Positions 61,801-64,000 of a stretch of DNA of 64,000 nucleotides are shown here, in pieces; the first letter of the stretch is position 1, and every line of letters begins with the position of its first letter. The stretch lies in contig NC_083409.1 of NCBI RefSeq assembly GCF_020745735.1, forward strand, positions 13,639,259 to 13,703,258. Reading direction: 5' to 3'. The notes below the pieces were generated by a model. The model did no database searches. It was not told the DNA's origin and was given only the letters and a program-made list of their open reading frames with translations. This DNA is from Hemiscyllium ocellatum (lineage: Eukaryota). A program made the position numbers and the translations under genes.

Positions 61801-62092
61801 GGCTGTGGGAGCCAGGGGCTAATATCAGAGAGGAACACCAAGGACCACAGAATCCTCAGAACAGACAATAACTCACCACCCAATGGGAAGAATGTGGAGG
61901 ATAACAAATGCTAGGAATTTACAGAGATCTGCAAATATGATAGAGCCGTTATAAATGGGCGGGGGGGGGTGTCTTTAATTTCTGAATATAGTGACCAGAG
62001 TGGCAAGAGTGTGTTTTGGTGAATTTTCTGGTGGCATTGGTGGCTTAGCGGTGGCTCGGGTTTGTGGGTGTGGGGGGGAGGAGGGGGGGTCG

Positions 62093-62410
62093 GGTCAGCA
62101 TGTTGGCTCAGTGGTTAGCACTGCAGCTTCATAGTACCAGGGTCCCAGGTTCGATTCCAGTCTGGGTGACTGTCTGTGTGGAGTTTGCACATTCTCCCTG
62201 TGTCTGCGTGTTTTTCCTCCGGGTGCTCTGGCTTCCTCCCACAGTCCAAAGATGTGCAGGTCAGGTGAATTGGCCAGGCTAAATTGTCCATAGTGTTCTA
62301 TGCATTACTGAGAGGGAAGTGGGTCTGGGTGGGTTACTCTTCGGAGGATCAGTATGAACTTGTAGGGCCGAAGGGCCTGTTTCCAAGCTGTGGAGAATCT
62401 AATCTAATCA
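62093..62410 (+). mobile_element. HE1-type SINE
   Basis: Consensus match. Confidence 0.8.
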
Positions 62411-64000
62411 TTGGCAGTGAAGAAGGTTGTCTAAGAATACAATGGAATCTTGACCAACTGGGCCAGTGGACTGAGGAATGGCAGATGGAGTTTAATTCAG
62501 ATAAAGGTGAGTGCTGTATTTTGGTAAGACACAAGAGATGGGTGAGATCCTGAACAAATATTTTAGGTCAGTATATATTGTGGGGAAATTTAAGGAATTT
62601 GGCAAAATAGTGATGTCTTGAAAAGAGAACACATATAAATGAGGAGACGCTAAAGATCTTAAAACACATAGAGGTAGATAAACTCGAGGACCTGATCATT
62701 GTGGCAAACTGGGGAAGAGATTTTTGGGACCCTTGCTGAGATATAAGTATCATCGGCAACCATGGATAAGGTACTGGAGAAACAGAGAGGTTGGCTAAGA
62801 TTATGCCATTATTTCAGAATGGCTGTAAGGAAAAGTGAGGGAACTATAGACCAGTGAGCCTGATGTCAGTGCTGGGTAAGATGTTGGAGTGGATTCTGTG
62901 GGACAGGATTTACACCGTTTGGATAATCAGTGTGGCTTTGTGCATAGGAAATCACGTCTCATGAATTTGATTCAGGAGGTGACAAAAAGGATTGATGAAG
63001 ACAGAACAGTAGACATTGTCAATATGGGCTTCAGAGTAAAGTGTTTGACAAGGTTCCACATGATAGACTGGTTAGTGAGGTTAGACCACATGGGGTCCAG
63101 GGGGGGCGAGCCATTGGAGTCAAAAAAATTGGCTTGAAGATAGGAGACAGAGAGTGGTGATAAAAGGTTGCTTTTCAGACTGGAGATCTGTGAATAGCTG
63201 TGTGCCACAAGGATTGGTGCTGAGTCCACAAATGCTTTACATCATTTAAAGAAATGATTTGGATGTGAATGTAGGAGTTACGGTAAGTTTGTAAATGACA
63301 CCAAAATTAGTGGGACAGTGGATTGTGAAGAAGATTATCTCAGGGTACAGCGGGACCTTGATCAGATGGGACAATGGGCAGAAGAGTGGCAAATGGAGTT
63401 CAGTTTAGATAAATATGAGATGTTGCATTTTGGAAAGGCAAACCAGGGCAGGAGTTATACAGTTAATGGGAGGGCCCTGTGGATTGTTACTGAATAACAG
63501 ACCTAGGGGTGAAGATGCAGGTACCTTATTCCTTGAAAGTGGGGTCACAGGTAGACAGGGTGATGAAAAAGGTGTTTGGTTTGCTTGCTTTTGTTCATCA
63601 CTGCATTGAGTACTGGAGTTGGAACATCATGTTGCAGCAGTGCAGGAGATTGGCGAGGCCACTTTGGGAATAATGTGAACAATCCTGATCATCCTGAGAT
63701 AGGAAGGATGTTGTTAAACTTAAAAAGCTGCAGAAAATATTTACAAGGATGTGGCCAGGATTTGGAGGGTTTGAGCGACAGAGAAAGGCTGAAGAAACTG
63801 GGGCTATATTCCCTGCAGCATCTAAGGCCTCGGGGTGACGTTATAGGTGTTTATAAAACCATGAGGGGCATGGACTGGGTGTATATCCAAGGTCTTTTCC
63901 ATGGGAAAGGGATTCCAAAACAAGAGGACATAAGTTTAAGGTGAGAGGCAAAAGATTCAAAAGGGACCTGAGGGGTAACTTGTCACACAGAGGGTGGTGC
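62410..64000 (+). mobile_element. CR1 RT fragments
   Basis: NYRPVSL, QMEFSLDKYEMLHFGKANQ. Confidence 0.8.

Noticed and set aside
1-64000. V or J segments
   Set aside because: I found no FGxG J motif with donor and RSS, and no WYQQ/YYC V motif, on either strand by eye.

Overview
Vertebrate, repeat-rich genomic DNA from a cartilaginous fish. The HE1-type SINEs, CR1 LINEs and Penelope-derived repeats suggest an orectolobiform (bamboo/nurse-shark-like) genome; this is an inference. The window holds the 3' ends of immunoglobulin kappa-type (nurse shark NS4/type III-like) light-chain clusters. There are four C-exon units. C1 (+, 11204-11532) and C4 (-, 56346-56674) are intact and face each other tail-to-tail, with their long TE-filled upstream (J-C) introns forming a large inverted duplication. 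C3 (-, frameshifted, terminal Cys lost) and C2 (-, 5'-deleted remnant) are tandem C-only units between them. I found no V or J segment and no complete RSS. Three units (C1, C3, C4) carry the same downstream cassette: polyA signal, CCAAT cluster, 43-bp repeat, conserved non-coding blocks, a near-invariant 100-bp element and a CTCF motif. C2 keeps only the polyA signal. The most unexpected feature is two RNase L (RNASEL) KEN-domain exons (42500-42618 and 47422-47542, +), not shown in the ORF track, embedded in the downstream cassette of C4 with no upstream RNASEL exons found. TE coordinates are approximate (by eye). All family assignments come from recognised motifs, not database searches.
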